Shown here: positions 1 through 10,356 of the stretch, piece by piece
How positions within the stretch are numbered: position 1 is the first letter of the stretch
How the letters are laid out: the number at the start of each line of letters is the position of its first letter
Virus record (IMG/VR): IMGVR_UViG_3300045125_000040
Location: 94,791 to 158,790 of that record
Strand: one strand, 5' to 3'
Length of the DNA stretch: 64,000 nt
DNA from: a virus
Translations under genes and position numbers: made by a program
The notes under the pieces: generated by a model
Databases searched by the model: none
Told to the model about the DNA's origin: nothing
The model's input: only the letters and a program-made list of their open reading frames with translations

Positions 1-375
1 TTTATTGGTAAGGCAAGATTAACAGAAACACCAATGGGTAAAGTTGCTATTGGTCTTTTGGAATCTGGTGGACAACTTGGCGTATCTACTCGTGGAATGG
101 GTTCTTTAAAAGAATCAAATGGCGTCATGATAGTTCAAAGAGATTTCAGCTTTCAACAGTTGATATTGTATCAGATCCAAGTGGTCCTGATTTGTTTTGT
201 TAATGGTATTATGGAAGGTGTTGAATATTTTTATGATCCAGTAAAGAATACTTGGATGGAAGAAAAATTAGATAATACTAAGAAGAAAATTAAAAAGCTA
301 TCAAGATCACAAATTGAAGAACAAAAGATGGCTATTTTGAGAAATTATATTTCTTCATTGGTAAAGTTCAAATAA
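1..375 (+). CDS. 21: Prohead core protease gp21 (5'-truncated, frameshifted)
   Basis: TPMGK...LGVSTRGMGSL and DIVSDPS...FVNGIMEG motifs of T4 gp21; directly upstream of gp22/gp23. Confidence 0.93.
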   Translation, partial: FIGKARLTETPMGKVAIGLLESGGQLGVSTRGMGSLKESNGVMIVQRDFSFQQLILYQIQVVLICFVNGIMEGVEYFYDPVKNTWMEEKLDNTKKKIKKLSRSQIEEQKMAILRNYISSLVKFK

Positions 376-376
376 T

Positions 377-384
377 TATAAATA
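377..384 (+). promoter_or_regulatory. T4-type late promoter TATAAATA
   Basis: Exact gp55 consensus ~35 nt upstream of the gp22 ATG. Confidence 0.85.
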
Positions 385-417
385 GTTAAAGCAAATTCAC
401 AATAGGAGACTATTCTA

Positions 418-1582
418 ATGGCTAATTTAGAACAAGAACACGATGTAGAAGACTTCGCCACAATGGATGAGGCAAAGATGAATCTGGTGGAAAGCACGAA
501 GAAGAAGGAAGGAAGAAGAGGAAGAGTCTTCTAAGAAGCATCATCGTGGTAAAAAGAAGATGAAAAAGGTTGAAGAGAAACTGAAGTTTCTGAGGAAGCT
601 CTCGCCGCTGCCTCACTTCATCCCGGTGCTGCTCGAGGTGAAGGAATGTCAAAGATTGGCATGATGTCATCTGTACTTGGTAAAATGCATAATATGTCTA
701 AGGGAGACCTAACCCATTGGTTCAATGCAACCATGGCACTGGTTGGTCCGGTAAGACTCTATGGTGTTGGTGATAATTCTGTTCGTAATCAAGCAACCGT
801 TGATTCCAAAGCTTGGTTCAGGACCAAAGACAAGAGATCCAATGCCACGTCTAAATGTTAAAGAAGACGTAGAAGAAATGTTTGATGGACAGGATCTATC
901 AGAAGAATTTAAAGAAAATGCTGCGACTCTATTTGAGGCTGCTGTTTCTGCACGTTTGATTGCTTTGAAACTGCTCGTCTTGAGGAAGAGTATGAAGCAA
1001 AGTTACACGAAGAACTTGCTGCTTTCGGTGAAGAACTAACATCACAGCTAGATGTATATCTTGATTACGTTGTCGAGAACTGGATGAAAGAAAACGAAGT
1101 AGCTATTGAATCAAGCCTTCGCAATGAACTTGCAGAAGAGTTCATTGAAGGATTGAAGAACTTATTCGCTGAACATTACATTGATGTCCCAGAGAATAAG
1201 GTTGATGTTCTTGAGGCAATGGCTGAAAAAGTCAATTCTCTTGAAGAAAAATTAAATGAAACAATTTCTGAAAACATTGAGCTAAGAAACTATGTTGTTG
1301 AAGGTCAAATGCAGGAAATCTTTGCAGAACTAGCATCTGATCTAGCACTGACACAACAAGAGAAGTTCTCTCACTTGCAGAAGGAATTGAATTTGACGGT
1401 GATCTTGACGTTTATGCCAGAAAGCTAATGATCGTTAAAGAGAACTATTTTAAGAATGAAAGTTCTTCTTATTCTTCAAATATTGAGGAAGAAACCTTGA
1501 GGGCGATGTTGCAGAAATTCGTAACGTTGATCCAGTCGTCAACCGTTATGTTCAGGCTATCGCCAAAACTGTTAAAAAGTAA
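418..1582 (+). CDS. 22: Prohead core scaffold protein gp22 (rejoined across frameshifts)
   Basis: LSEEFKENAATLFEAAV, YLDYVVENWMKENEVAIE, FIEGLKNLFAEHYIDVP motifs; lies between 21 and 23. Confidence 0.9.
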
Positions 1583-1587
1583 ATTTT

Positions 1588-1595
1588 TATAAATA
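1588..1595 (+). promoter_or_regulatory. T4-type late promoter TATAAATA
   Basis: Exact consensus upstream of the gp23 RBS (AAAGGAAA). Confidence 0.85.
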
Positions 1596-1628
1596 AAATA
1601 AAGCGTATTTCTAAGAAAGGAAATCTAA

Positions 1629-3025
1629 ATGTATCTAGCCGAAGAAATTCAAAATAAGTGGGCACCCGTCCTAGACCATGATGCTCTTGGTACCATTAAG
1701 GACCAGCATCGTCGTTCAGTTACTGCAGTTATGCTTGAGAATACTGAGAAGGCACTCCGTGAGTCAGCTGCTCATGGTTCTTATCAGACTCTAACAGAAA
1801 CTGATTCACTAACTCCTGTCAACATGATGGGTGCTTCAAGTTCAACAGCTGGTGCTGGTGGTATTGATACCTTCGACCCAGTTCTAATTTCACTAGTTCG
1901 TCGTGCAATGCCTAACCTCATTGCTTATGACATCTGCGGCGTACAGCCAATGACAGGTCCAACTGGACTTATCTTTGCTATGCGTTCAAAGTACAACAAT
2001 CAGGGCAATGGTTCTGGCAACACTTCATTCGCTGGTGTTCAGGCCAACGAAACCTTCTATAATGAAGTTGATACTTCATTCTCAACTCGTGTTGATAACA
2101 AGACTGGTTTCGGTAACGCTCATATTGGTACCTATTCGAGTGCAACTAATACCACACCACTAACTGCTGTTTCACAGTATAACACTGGTTCTGGTATGTC
2201 AACTGCACAGGCAGAAGCTCTTGGAACTAGATTCCAACACAGCTTCCCACAGATGGCATTCTCAATCGAGAAGGTTACTGTTACTGCAAATACTCGTGCT
2301 CTAAAGGCAGAGTATACTCATGGAACTAGCACAGGATCTCAAGGCTATTCATGGTCTAGATGCTGAGACAGAGCTAGCCAATATTCTTTCTGCTGAGATT
2401 ATGGCCGAAATCAACCGTGAGGTTGTTCGTACCATCAATATCACTGCAGTTGCTGGCGCACTAGGATAATGTTACTACTGCTGGCGTCTTCGATCTTGAC
2501 ACCGACTCAAACGGTCGTTGGTCAGTTGAGAAGTTTAAGGGCCTAATGTTCCAGCTAGAGCGTGAAGCTAACCAGATCGCCAAGCAGACACGTCGTGGTA
2601 AGGGTAACATCGTTATCTGTTCTTCAGACGTTGCTTCTGCACTACAGATGGCTGGTGTTCTTGATTACGCTCCTGCTCTTAATTCAAACAACCTACAGGT
2701 TGACGATACTGGCAATACCTTCGCTGGTGTTCTAAATGGTCGTCTACGTGTTTACATTGATCCATATGCCATTGGTGGTAACTATATCACTGTTGGTTAT
2801 AAGGGTTCAAGTGCATTCGACGCTGGCCTATTCTACTGCCCATACGTCCCACTACAGATGGTTCGTGCAGTTGATCAGTCAAGCTTCCAGCCAAAGATCG
2901 GCTTCAAGACTCGTTACGGAATGGTTGCAAACCCATTCGCAGAGGGTCTTAATAAGGGTCTTGGTGGTCTTACTATCAATACTAACAAGTATTATCGTCG
3001 TGTGATTGTAAATAATCTCATGTAG
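1629..3025 (+). CDS. 23: Major capsid protein gp23 (rejoined)
   Basis: LVRRAMPNLIAYDICGVQPMTGPTGLIFAMR and FQPKIGFKTRYG signatures; LTE propeptide-type cleavage site. Confidence 0.98.
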
Positions 3026-3049
3026 GACACGGAAAAACCATATTTGTGG

Positions 3050-3057
3050 TATAAATA
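3050..3057 (+). promoter_or_regulatory. Late promoter TATAAATA for the downstream endonuclease
   Basis: Exact consensus immediately before the gp23 terminator hairpin. Confidence 0.75.
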
Positions 3058-3059
3058 TT

Positions 3060-3086
3060 ACCGGGAAGAAATTCCCCGGTTTTTTT
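3060..3086 (+). terminator. Rho-independent terminator after gene 23
   Basis: ACCGGG...CCCGGT stem followed by a T run. Confidence 0.8.
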
Positions 3087-3101
3087 ATTTGGAGAATAAC
3101 A

Positions 3102-3761
3102 ATGGAAAAATATGGGTTTGTATATATCTGGTATGATAAAAAAACGTAATATGTTTTATATTGGATCTCATTGGGGAACAGAAGATGATGGATATGTATG
3201 TTCATCAAACTGGATGCGTGATGCATATAGATATCGTCCACAAGATTTTAAAAGACGTATTGTGACAAAAGTTTTTACTAATAGAGTTGATCTTTTGAAA
3301 GAAGAAGAACGTTGGTTGTCTATGATAAAAGATGAAGAAATGGTAAAAGCTAATACCACATATGAGTCAAGAAAGAATGTTAAATATTATAATATTTCAA
3401 AGGTTATTAAAAATCCTTGGCATATGACAGAAGAAGGTGTTAAGACTATAGGTCAAAAAATTTCACACTCTAAAAAAGGAAAAAGTGTTCCGGCCCCACT
3501 AGAAGAGGAGCAGCTATATCAGCCGCTAAAAAAGGAAAAGCACTTACAGAAGAGCATAAAGAAGCTTTACGTGGAATAAAGAAAAAACCACACACTGATG
3601 AATGGAAAAAGAATAATTCTACTATGATGAAAAAAACATGGGCTAATGATGAAGAAAGAAAAAGAAAACATTCAGAAAGAATGAAAAAACGTTGGGAAGA
3701 ATATAGACTAAATAAATCGTTAGACAAAGATCTAACAAATTCAAACTTTATGGGGGAGTAA
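3102..3761 (+). mobile_element. Free-standing GIY-YIG homing endonuclease (Seg-like) with NUMOD3-type basic repeats
   Basis: MEKYGFVYIW...FYIGSH...YVCSS N-terminus; KISHSKKGK / TEEHKEAL repeats; same position as T4 segD. Confidence 0.85.
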
Positions 3762-3774
3762 TCCCCCTTTTTTT
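3752..3774 (+). terminator. Rho-independent terminator
   Basis: GGGGGA-GTAA-TCCCCC (GNRA loop) + T run. Confidence 0.85.
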
Positions 3775-3807
3775 ACATAAATAGTTGAAATAATACCAGG
3801 AGAAATT

Positions 3808-4540
3808 ATGAAATCTTTCTTAGAATATATATTAGAAGAAACACATAATGCTCCATCCGGAGTTATATTTGATGGTGATAAAAAAGCATATGTAGGTTCT
3901 CATCATGGGAAACCAATAATTTTATCTAATGATTTAAAATCAAAAATTCTAAATTTAGCAAAAGAATATGGAATTTGGTATGAAGGAAACGGTGATGACA
4001 TTGCTCCGAATATTAAACTATTTGGTAATAAAAAAGCATATGAAGGTTCTTGGGATAAAGAATTCGCTAAAACAGTAAAAGGTTATCCTATACATTTTAT
4101 AGGTGGTATATTTTCTAATGTAAAAGAAAACAATAGAGTTAAAAAACTTACATCACCAAATTTATCTATATTTGATGCTATAATAAAAAAACAAAAGGGT
4201 AATAAGTATTTTGAAGATCGTAGTTATAATGAACATGATCTTACTAAATTTCTAATTGCGGCTAGTGAAAACAATGTAGATTTTTTAAAAATGTCACAGT
4301 TGTCTGCAACAGAAGAAAATATGCGTAAATTTCTTACTACTGGTGAAAAATTAATGTGGCCTGATAACTGGCAAGAGTATCCAAATAAACTAGGTAAATT
4401 GGCAAAGAAAGCCGAAGATGAAAGAAATAGGTTTGTTCTAAAACAGAAACAAGGGGTTTTTGTTTTTAGGTTCTGGACACTTATTAGAATTAAAAGCATT
4501 AGATAAAAGTCTTAAAATGATAGGCGGGGAAAAAGCATAA
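3808..4540 (+). CDS. Hypothetical late protein with capsid-targeting-like leader; possible TraB/Tiki-superfamily fold
   Basis: CATAAATA at 3776-3783; starts MKSFLEYILEE; GSHH, ERN and (after one frameshift) GSGHL motifs. Confidence 0.6.
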
Positions 4541-5061
4541 TGTCAGCAATAGATAACACGCCACAGAATAAAAATTTCTTATCACCATTAAACTTTAAAT
4601 TTTTTATAAAACGTTCACCCCATGTTAACTTTTTTATCCAGAAGGTTAATATTCCTGATCTTGTATTGAAAAATGTAAATTACCCTAATCCTCTTGTAAA
4701 TATACCTATTCCTCGTGAACACCTTGATTATGGAACTCTGAATATAACATTCAAAGTGGATGAAGATTTACAAAACTATATGGAATTACACAATTGGATT
4801 AGAGCATTAGGTAAACCAATAGATTATGATGAACATAGAGTATTAGCTCAAAAAGCTATTGTCACAGGAGAAGGTATCTTTTCAGATATCTCTTTGATGG
4901 TATTATCAAGCACTAAAATGGCGAATTACGAAGTTGTATTTGCAGATGCACATCCTGTCAGTTTAACCGGAATGGTATTTAATACTACAGATACAGATGT
5001 GAATTATATTGAGGCATCAGCATCATTTAAATATACCTATTATGAGATTAATAATATTTGA
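4540..5061 (+). CDS. 3: Tail completion and sheath stabilizer gp3
   Basis: NFLSPLNFKF, F.VDEDLQNY.ELHNW, F.Y..Y C-terminus; upstream of uvsY. Confidence 0.88.
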   Translation: MSAIDNTPQNKNFLSPLNFKFFIKRSPHVNFFIQKVNIPDLVLKNVNYPNPLVNIPIPREHLDYGTLNITFKVDEDLQNYMELHNWIRALGKPIDYDEHRVLAQKAIVTGEGIFSDISLMVLSSTKMANYEVVFADAHPVSLTGMVFNTTDTDVNYIEASASFKYTYYEINNI

Positions 5062-5086
5062 CAAGTCCTATAAAGTATGATATGAT
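5058..5086 (+). promoter_or_regulatory. Sigma70-type early/middle promoter
   Basis: TTGACA-N17-TATGAT before uvsY. Confidence 0.75.
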
Positions 5087-5110
5087 ATGTTGTTTACAAT
5101 GGAGTGATAT

Positions 5111-5542
5111 ATGAATATTGAAGATATATTATCTGAATGGAAAGCTGATGGTAATATTGATAAAACTGAATTAGGTGATGAAGCATTAAAGAAGGCTAAA
5201 CTTCATCACAAATATTATCAGATTTTAATCACAGAAAGACTAAAACTTAAAAAGCTTGATTCTGAATTAAAAATTCTCAAGCTTGAAAAGTATGAATATT
5301 ACACTCAAGGCGCATCTCAAGAGCATATTGAAAAGGGATGGAAGCCTCTTAGTAAAATAATAATAAAATCAGAGATTCCTTTGTATATGGACAGTGATGC
5401 AGATATCATTCGTAAAAATCTTATCATTTCACAACAACAAGAAAAAGTAGATCTTATTATGGATATTTTAAAAGTGATTCACAATAGAGGATATGATGTG
5501 AAGAATGCCTTGGAATGGCAGAGATTCACCATGGGAGGATAA
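5111..5542 (+). CDS. uvsY: Recombination mediator UvsY
   Basis: W..D..ID..EL..E.LK..KLH.KY; RGYDVKNALEWQRF C-terminus. Confidence 0.9.
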   Translation: MNIEDILSEWKADGNIDKTELGDEALKKAKLHHKYYQILITERLKLKKLDSELKILKLEKYEYYTQGASQEHIEKGWKPLSKIIIKSEIPLYMDSDADIIRKNLIISQQQEKVDLIMDILKVIHNRGYDVKNALEWQRFTMGG

Positions 5543-8037
5543 TGAAAGAAATTATTCAAATTGAAAAATATAATGAAGTTTATAATAGGATAAAAGCAGA
5601 TCCTGGTATAATCATGGAGATGAGTGATTATTTCACTTTTTCTGTGCCCGGAGCCAAATTTACTCCAGCATATAAGAACAAATATTGGGATGGTAAAATA
5701 CGCCTTCTGAATTCAATGACTGGTTTATTATATGGTGGACTTCTGAACTATGTAGAAGAATTTTGTAATTCAAGAAATTATGATATTGAATATATTTCAG
5801 ATTTTTCTACACAAGAATTTTCTTTAAAAGAGGCCAATGATTTTGTCATAAATATTAAACCTGCGATGCAACCTAGAGATTATCAGCTAGATGCATTCGT
5901 TCATGCTGTGAGGGAAAGACGAGCATTGCTCCTTTCTCCCACAGCGTGTCATATGGCCGGGGATAAAGTTTTGATGTATTCAGGAGAATGGAAAAATATT
6001 GAAGATATTAAAATAGGTGAATATGTTATTGGTGAAGATGGACTACCAAAGAAAGTAATCAATACATTTAATGGAGAAGATGATTTATATCACATTCAAC
6101 CAAAAAACAATTCTTCTAAAATAACTGTCACTGGAAATCATCTTCTTCCTCTTAAATTTTCTGATTATTCTAAAAAATATGGTTATGGAAAAGGAGATAA
6201 AAATTTTATAGAAAATTTAAGTGTCGTTGAATATATTAACAAATCAAAATATTATAAACATTCTGCTAATATATTTTATAACAATAAAATTATTAATTTT
6301 GAAAATCAAAAAGATCCAGAAACTTTGTTGTCTCCATACTTTATTGGCTGTTATTTAGGTGATGGTCACTGTGGTTCTTGTGCTATAACAAATATAGATA
6401 AAGAAATTATTGATGAAATATATAAACAAGCAGAAATATCATCTTGTAATGTTGTTATTAATCAAAACATAACTTATTTTTTAAGAGGTAAAATAGGAAA
6501 AAAATAAAATATTAGTCGAATTTGAAAAATGTGGTTTGTGTTTTTCTGGTAAAAATAAATTAAACTGTGGTAATAAATTTATACCAGACACATTATTAAA
6601 ATCAACACCAGAATTTCGTTTTGAATTATTAGCTGGATTAATTGATACAGATGGAACACTTGATAAAAACACAAGTTTTGTTTTTACATCAAAATCATAT
6701 ATTTTAGCAAATGATGTTTTGAAATTAGGAATTTCCTTGGATTTAGATGCAGTATCGCATCAAAATTAAATAAAAAATATAATAAAATCTATTATAATGT
6801 GAGAATATGTGGTGATATTGAAAAAATACCAGTAAGAATATCTAGAAAAAAATGTGTAAAAAAACTATAAAGGATAGTTATAGATCAAAGTTTGATGTGT
6901 TATACCATGGAAGGGATAAATACTATGGAATTCAGGTTGAAGATCATCTATACATAACAAATGATGGAATGATCACACATAATTCTGGTAAGTCCTTTAT
7001 CATCTATTTACTTGTGAGGTATTATGCGAAAAGAACTCTTATTATTGTACCAACTACTTCTCTTGTTAGTCAGCTTGCCAGTGATTTTGCTGACTATGGC
7101 TTCGACTCTGATGCTTACGTACATCGTGTCTTTGCTGGACAGGATAAGGGATCAACAAAACCAATCACAATCACAACTTGGCAGAGCATATACAAATTAC
7201 CTAGCGAATTCTTTAGTGACTTTGATGTTGTCATCGGAGACGAAGCTCATCTCTTCAAAGCAAAATCTCTTACTTCTATACTTGCTAAGATACCCAATGC
7301 ACGCTACCGTTTTGGATTTACCGGAACATTGGATGGTACTCAAACCCACCGCCTCGTTCTTGAAGGACTCTTTGGACCAGTCAGAAAAGTAATTTCTACT
7401 GCAGAACTGATTGAAAAGAAGCATCTAGCAGAGTTTAATATCAAAGCCATTGTTCTTTCTTATCCAGATGACATAAGAAAGATGATAGCAAGATCAAAAT
7501 GATTATCAATCAGAGATTGACTATCTTGTTAGGTGTGAAGCCAGAAATAAATTTATTACAAACCTTGTACAATCATTAGAGGGTAATACTCTTTTACTTT
7601 TTCAGTTCGTTGAGAAGCATGGAAAGGTATTATATAATAGTCTGATTAATGAATCAAGTGATAGAAAAATATTTTTTGTTTCTGGTTCAGTTGATGGTGA
7701 ACAACGTGAAGAAATAAGAAGGATTGTTGAGAATGAACGGAACGCTATTATTGTTGCTTCTTTTGGTACTTTTTCTACCGGCGTCAATATTAAGAATTTG
7801 CATAATATTATTTTTGCTAGTCCTTCAAAGTCAAGAGTTAGAAACTTGCAAAGCATCGGTAGAGGCTTACGTAAGTCGGATAGTAAAAACAGTTCCACTC
7901 TCTACGACATCAGTGACGACTTATCCTGGAAGTCCAAACGAAACTTCACGCTCTTACACTTCATGGAGCGAATAAAGATATATAATGAAGAAAAGTTCAA
8001 TTATAAACTGTATAAAGTTTCACTGTGTATTAAATAA
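5542..8037 (+). CDS. uvsW: DNA helicase UvsW, interrupted by an intein
   Basis: YWDGKIRL, PRDYQ, LLSPTA/SGKS, DEAH, GFTGT, LQSIGRGLR SF2 motifs. Confidence 0.95.
5947..6983 (+). mobile_element. Intein with LAGLIDADG endonuclease in the UvsW Walker A motif
   Basis: Begins C (CHMAGDKV), block B TGNH, PYFIGCYLGDG and LLAGLIDTDG motifs, ends THN followed by +1 Ser (SGKS). Confidence 0.93.
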
Positions 8038-8058
8038 TATCTTCATGGTCACAGTATT

Positions 8059-8086
8059 ATTATACAGGGAATAAAAAATATGTCAA
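8059..8086 (-). promoter_or_regulatory. Sigma70-type promoter pointing antisense into uvsW
   Basis: Minus strand TTGACA-N16-TATAAT. Confidence 0.55.
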
Positions 8087-8112
8087 GTTAAATTTTGTTA
8101 ATGTGAGGAAAA

Positions 8113-8680
8113 ATGAAAAGTACAGATAATGATTACAATCAGCCTAGTCCTTCCAAGAAGAGAAAGACCAACTATATCAATAACAAAACTTTATATGGAG
8201 CTATGATTCATTACAAAAATGACATACAACACGCTTTAGAACATGATGCGGATAAACCAAAAATTCCTAACTATATTGGTGAATCTATTCTTTTGATTTG
8301 TAACAATTTAGCAAAGAAACCAAACTTTTCTGGGTATACATACAAACAGGATATGATTAATGACGGTATCATGGATTGTGTTGCAGCTGTAGACAATTTT
8401 AATCCAGATAAAACAAACAACCCTTTTGCGTATTTTACACAGATTGCATGGAATGCGTTTTTACGTAGAATACAAAAAGAGAAAAAACAGACATATATAA
8501 AGCATAAGAATTTTGAGAATTCATACCTATTCACAGAGATTTTTGAAGATGCTAATCATGCTATGCATTTGAAATCCAATGATTATTCTAATGAGATTGT
8601 AAAATCTTATGAAGAGAAATTGACAAAGACGAAAAAATCTGTTAAACTGGTTGGACTTGAAAATTTGCTGAAGGAGTTAA
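8113..8680 (+). CDS. 55: Late transcription sigma factor gp55
   Basis: NYINNK, IPNYIGE, KPNFSGYTY, NPFAYFTQIAWNAFLRRIQKEKKQ. Confidence 0.95.
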
Positions 8681-8682
8681 AA

Positions 8683-8871
8683 ATGAAGAATGAACATCTT
8701 GTTCCTGTTAACATTCAGGATATTGTAGGAAGACTTAGCGAGAATAATCTAACTCAGAACGAAAGGTTTGTTCTGATTCAGCGTCTTGAAGCCATTCGTG
8801 ATTATTGCACAGATGCTGTAAAGAAGCATAACTTTGTTGATATGGGTCAGGTTTGGTCAAGAAAGAAGTAA
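8683..8871 (+). CDS. Small hypothetical protein
   Basis: Own RBS (AAGGAG) and TTGACA-N17-TAAACT promoter at ~8620; fused to gp55 in the ORF track probably by an indel. Confidence 0.6.
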   Translation: MKNEHLVPVNIQDIVGRLSENNLTQNERFVLIQRLEAIRDYCTDAVKKHNFVDMGQVWSRKK

Positions 8872-8880
8872 GATAAATCT

Positions 8881-9936
8881 ATGAAAATAGCAGTAATTAC
8901 TGATTCACATGCGGGAGTCAAAAATGACTCCCTTGCTTTTCATGACTATATGAAGAGGTTTTATGATTTTTTTTATGAATACCTTGACGCTAACAATATC
9001 TCAACTGTCATCCATTGCGGGGATATTATTGATCGTCGTAAGTATATTAACATTTATACTGCTTATCGTTTACGCAAGGACTTGATTGATCCTGCGATGC
9101 AGCGTAATATTAAATGGCATCAGATCCTTGGTAATCATGATGTTTCCTTTAAAAATACTAATGATGTCAGTTCTTTTCGAGAGCTTTTTCATGCATATCC
9201 CCTAAATATATATGATCAGGCAACAGAGATTGAACTAGGTGGTATTAATATTCTTCTGTTGCCTTGGATCAATGAAGAAAACAGGGAACATGCCCTAAAG
9301 CTAATTAAGGAAACTAATGCTCAAATTTGTTTCGGACATCTTGAAATTCAAGGTTTCGAAATGTATAAAGGATCTCCCGTATCTCATGGAGACGATCCTA
9401 AATTGTTTGAAAGATTTGATTTCGTTGCTAGTGGTCACTATCATCATAGGTCAAGCCGTGGTAATATTAATTATTTGGGGAGTGCTGCAGAGTATACTTG
9501 GTCTGATTATAATGATCCACGAGGCTTTAATATATTTGACACAGAAACCAGAAAACTAACATTTATTGAAAACCCATTTAAAATGTTTCATAAGTTTTGG
9601 TATAATGATGAAAAGACTAATTTCCTAGAACAGGAAATAGATTACACGCAGTTTGCTAACAAATGTGTGAAGGTAATCATTCAAACCAAAAACAATCCTT
9701 ACTTTTTTGAAACATTTATTGATAAGGTTCAGAAACAAAATCCGGTAGATTTACAGGTAGTTGAAGATCATCTTAATCTTGGATTAGAAGATGATCAAGA
9801 GATTGTGGATGAAGCAGAATCAACATTACAGATATTTAAGAATTATATTAATAATGTTGATGCTAAAGGAATTGACAAAACCAAATTAGAAAATAAAATT
9901 AATGAACTATATCATGAAGCTTTGACGCTGGAGTAA
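8881..9936 (+). CDS. 47: Recombination nuclease gp47 (Mre11/SbcD-like)
   Basis: ITDSH, GDIIDRRK, GNHD, SGHYH metallophosphoesterase motifs. Confidence 0.95.
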   Translation: MKIAVITDSHAGVKNDSLAFHDYMKRFYDFFYEYLDANNISTVIHCGDIIDRRKYINIYTAYRLRKDLIDPAMQRNIKWHQILGNHDVSFKNTNDVSSFRELFHAYPLNIYDQATEIELGGINILLLPWINEENREHALKLIKETNAQICFGHLEIQGFEMYKGSPVSHGDDPKLFERFDFVASGHYHHRSSRGNINYLGSAAEYTWSDYNDPRGFNIFDTETRKLTFIENPFKMFHKFWYNDEKTNFLEQEIDYTQFANKCVKVIIQTKNNPYFFETFIDKVQKQNPVDLQVVEDHLNLGLEDDQEIVDEAESTLQIFKNYINNVDAKGIDKTKLENKINELYHEALTLE

Positions 9937-9939
9937 ATT

Positions 9940-10356
9940 ATGTCTGTTCTTGATGATATTATTATGAAACATTGTCTTATTAGTAAGAATCAACCAGATG
10001 CGCTTGGTGAAATTCTCAGGAGTTGGGCATTCAAAAAAGAATACGGATGTTATTCTTGTTTTGATTTGATTGAAGAGTTTCAAAAGGTAGAAGTCACACC
10101 ACGAGAATTTAAATTACTTTGGGGTCGTGAATATGATTCAAACAATAAAGATGATTATTGGGGGTTTGATGAAAAAAATGCATTTGAAGAAATTGAATGG
10201 TTCAAGCATCCTAATGGTATTGAAGTAGGGTGGCACTGGGATGGTGATGGTCTATTAGGTTTTTATATTCCTGAAATGGAAGATGAATATTATGATGGAA
10301 CTCTGACTAATTCTGATTGTAAAAAGAATTATGGATGGGAATTTGGTGAGAAATGA
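9940..10356 (+). CDS. Hypothetical protein inserted between genes 47 and 46
   Basis: 138-aa ORF with RBS; stop overlaps the gp46 start. Confidence 0.6.
   Translation: MSVLDDIIMKHCLISKNQPDALGEILRSWAFKKEYGCYSCFDLIEEFQKVEVTPREFKLLWGREYDSNNKDDYWGFDEKNAFEEIEWFKHPNGIEVGWHWDGDGLLGFYIPEMEDEYYDGTLTNSDCKKNYGWEFGEK

Noticed and set aside
8113-8871. gp55 with a novel C-terminal extension
   Set aside because: An internal promoter, RBS and ATG at 8683 indicate a separate small gene joined by an indel
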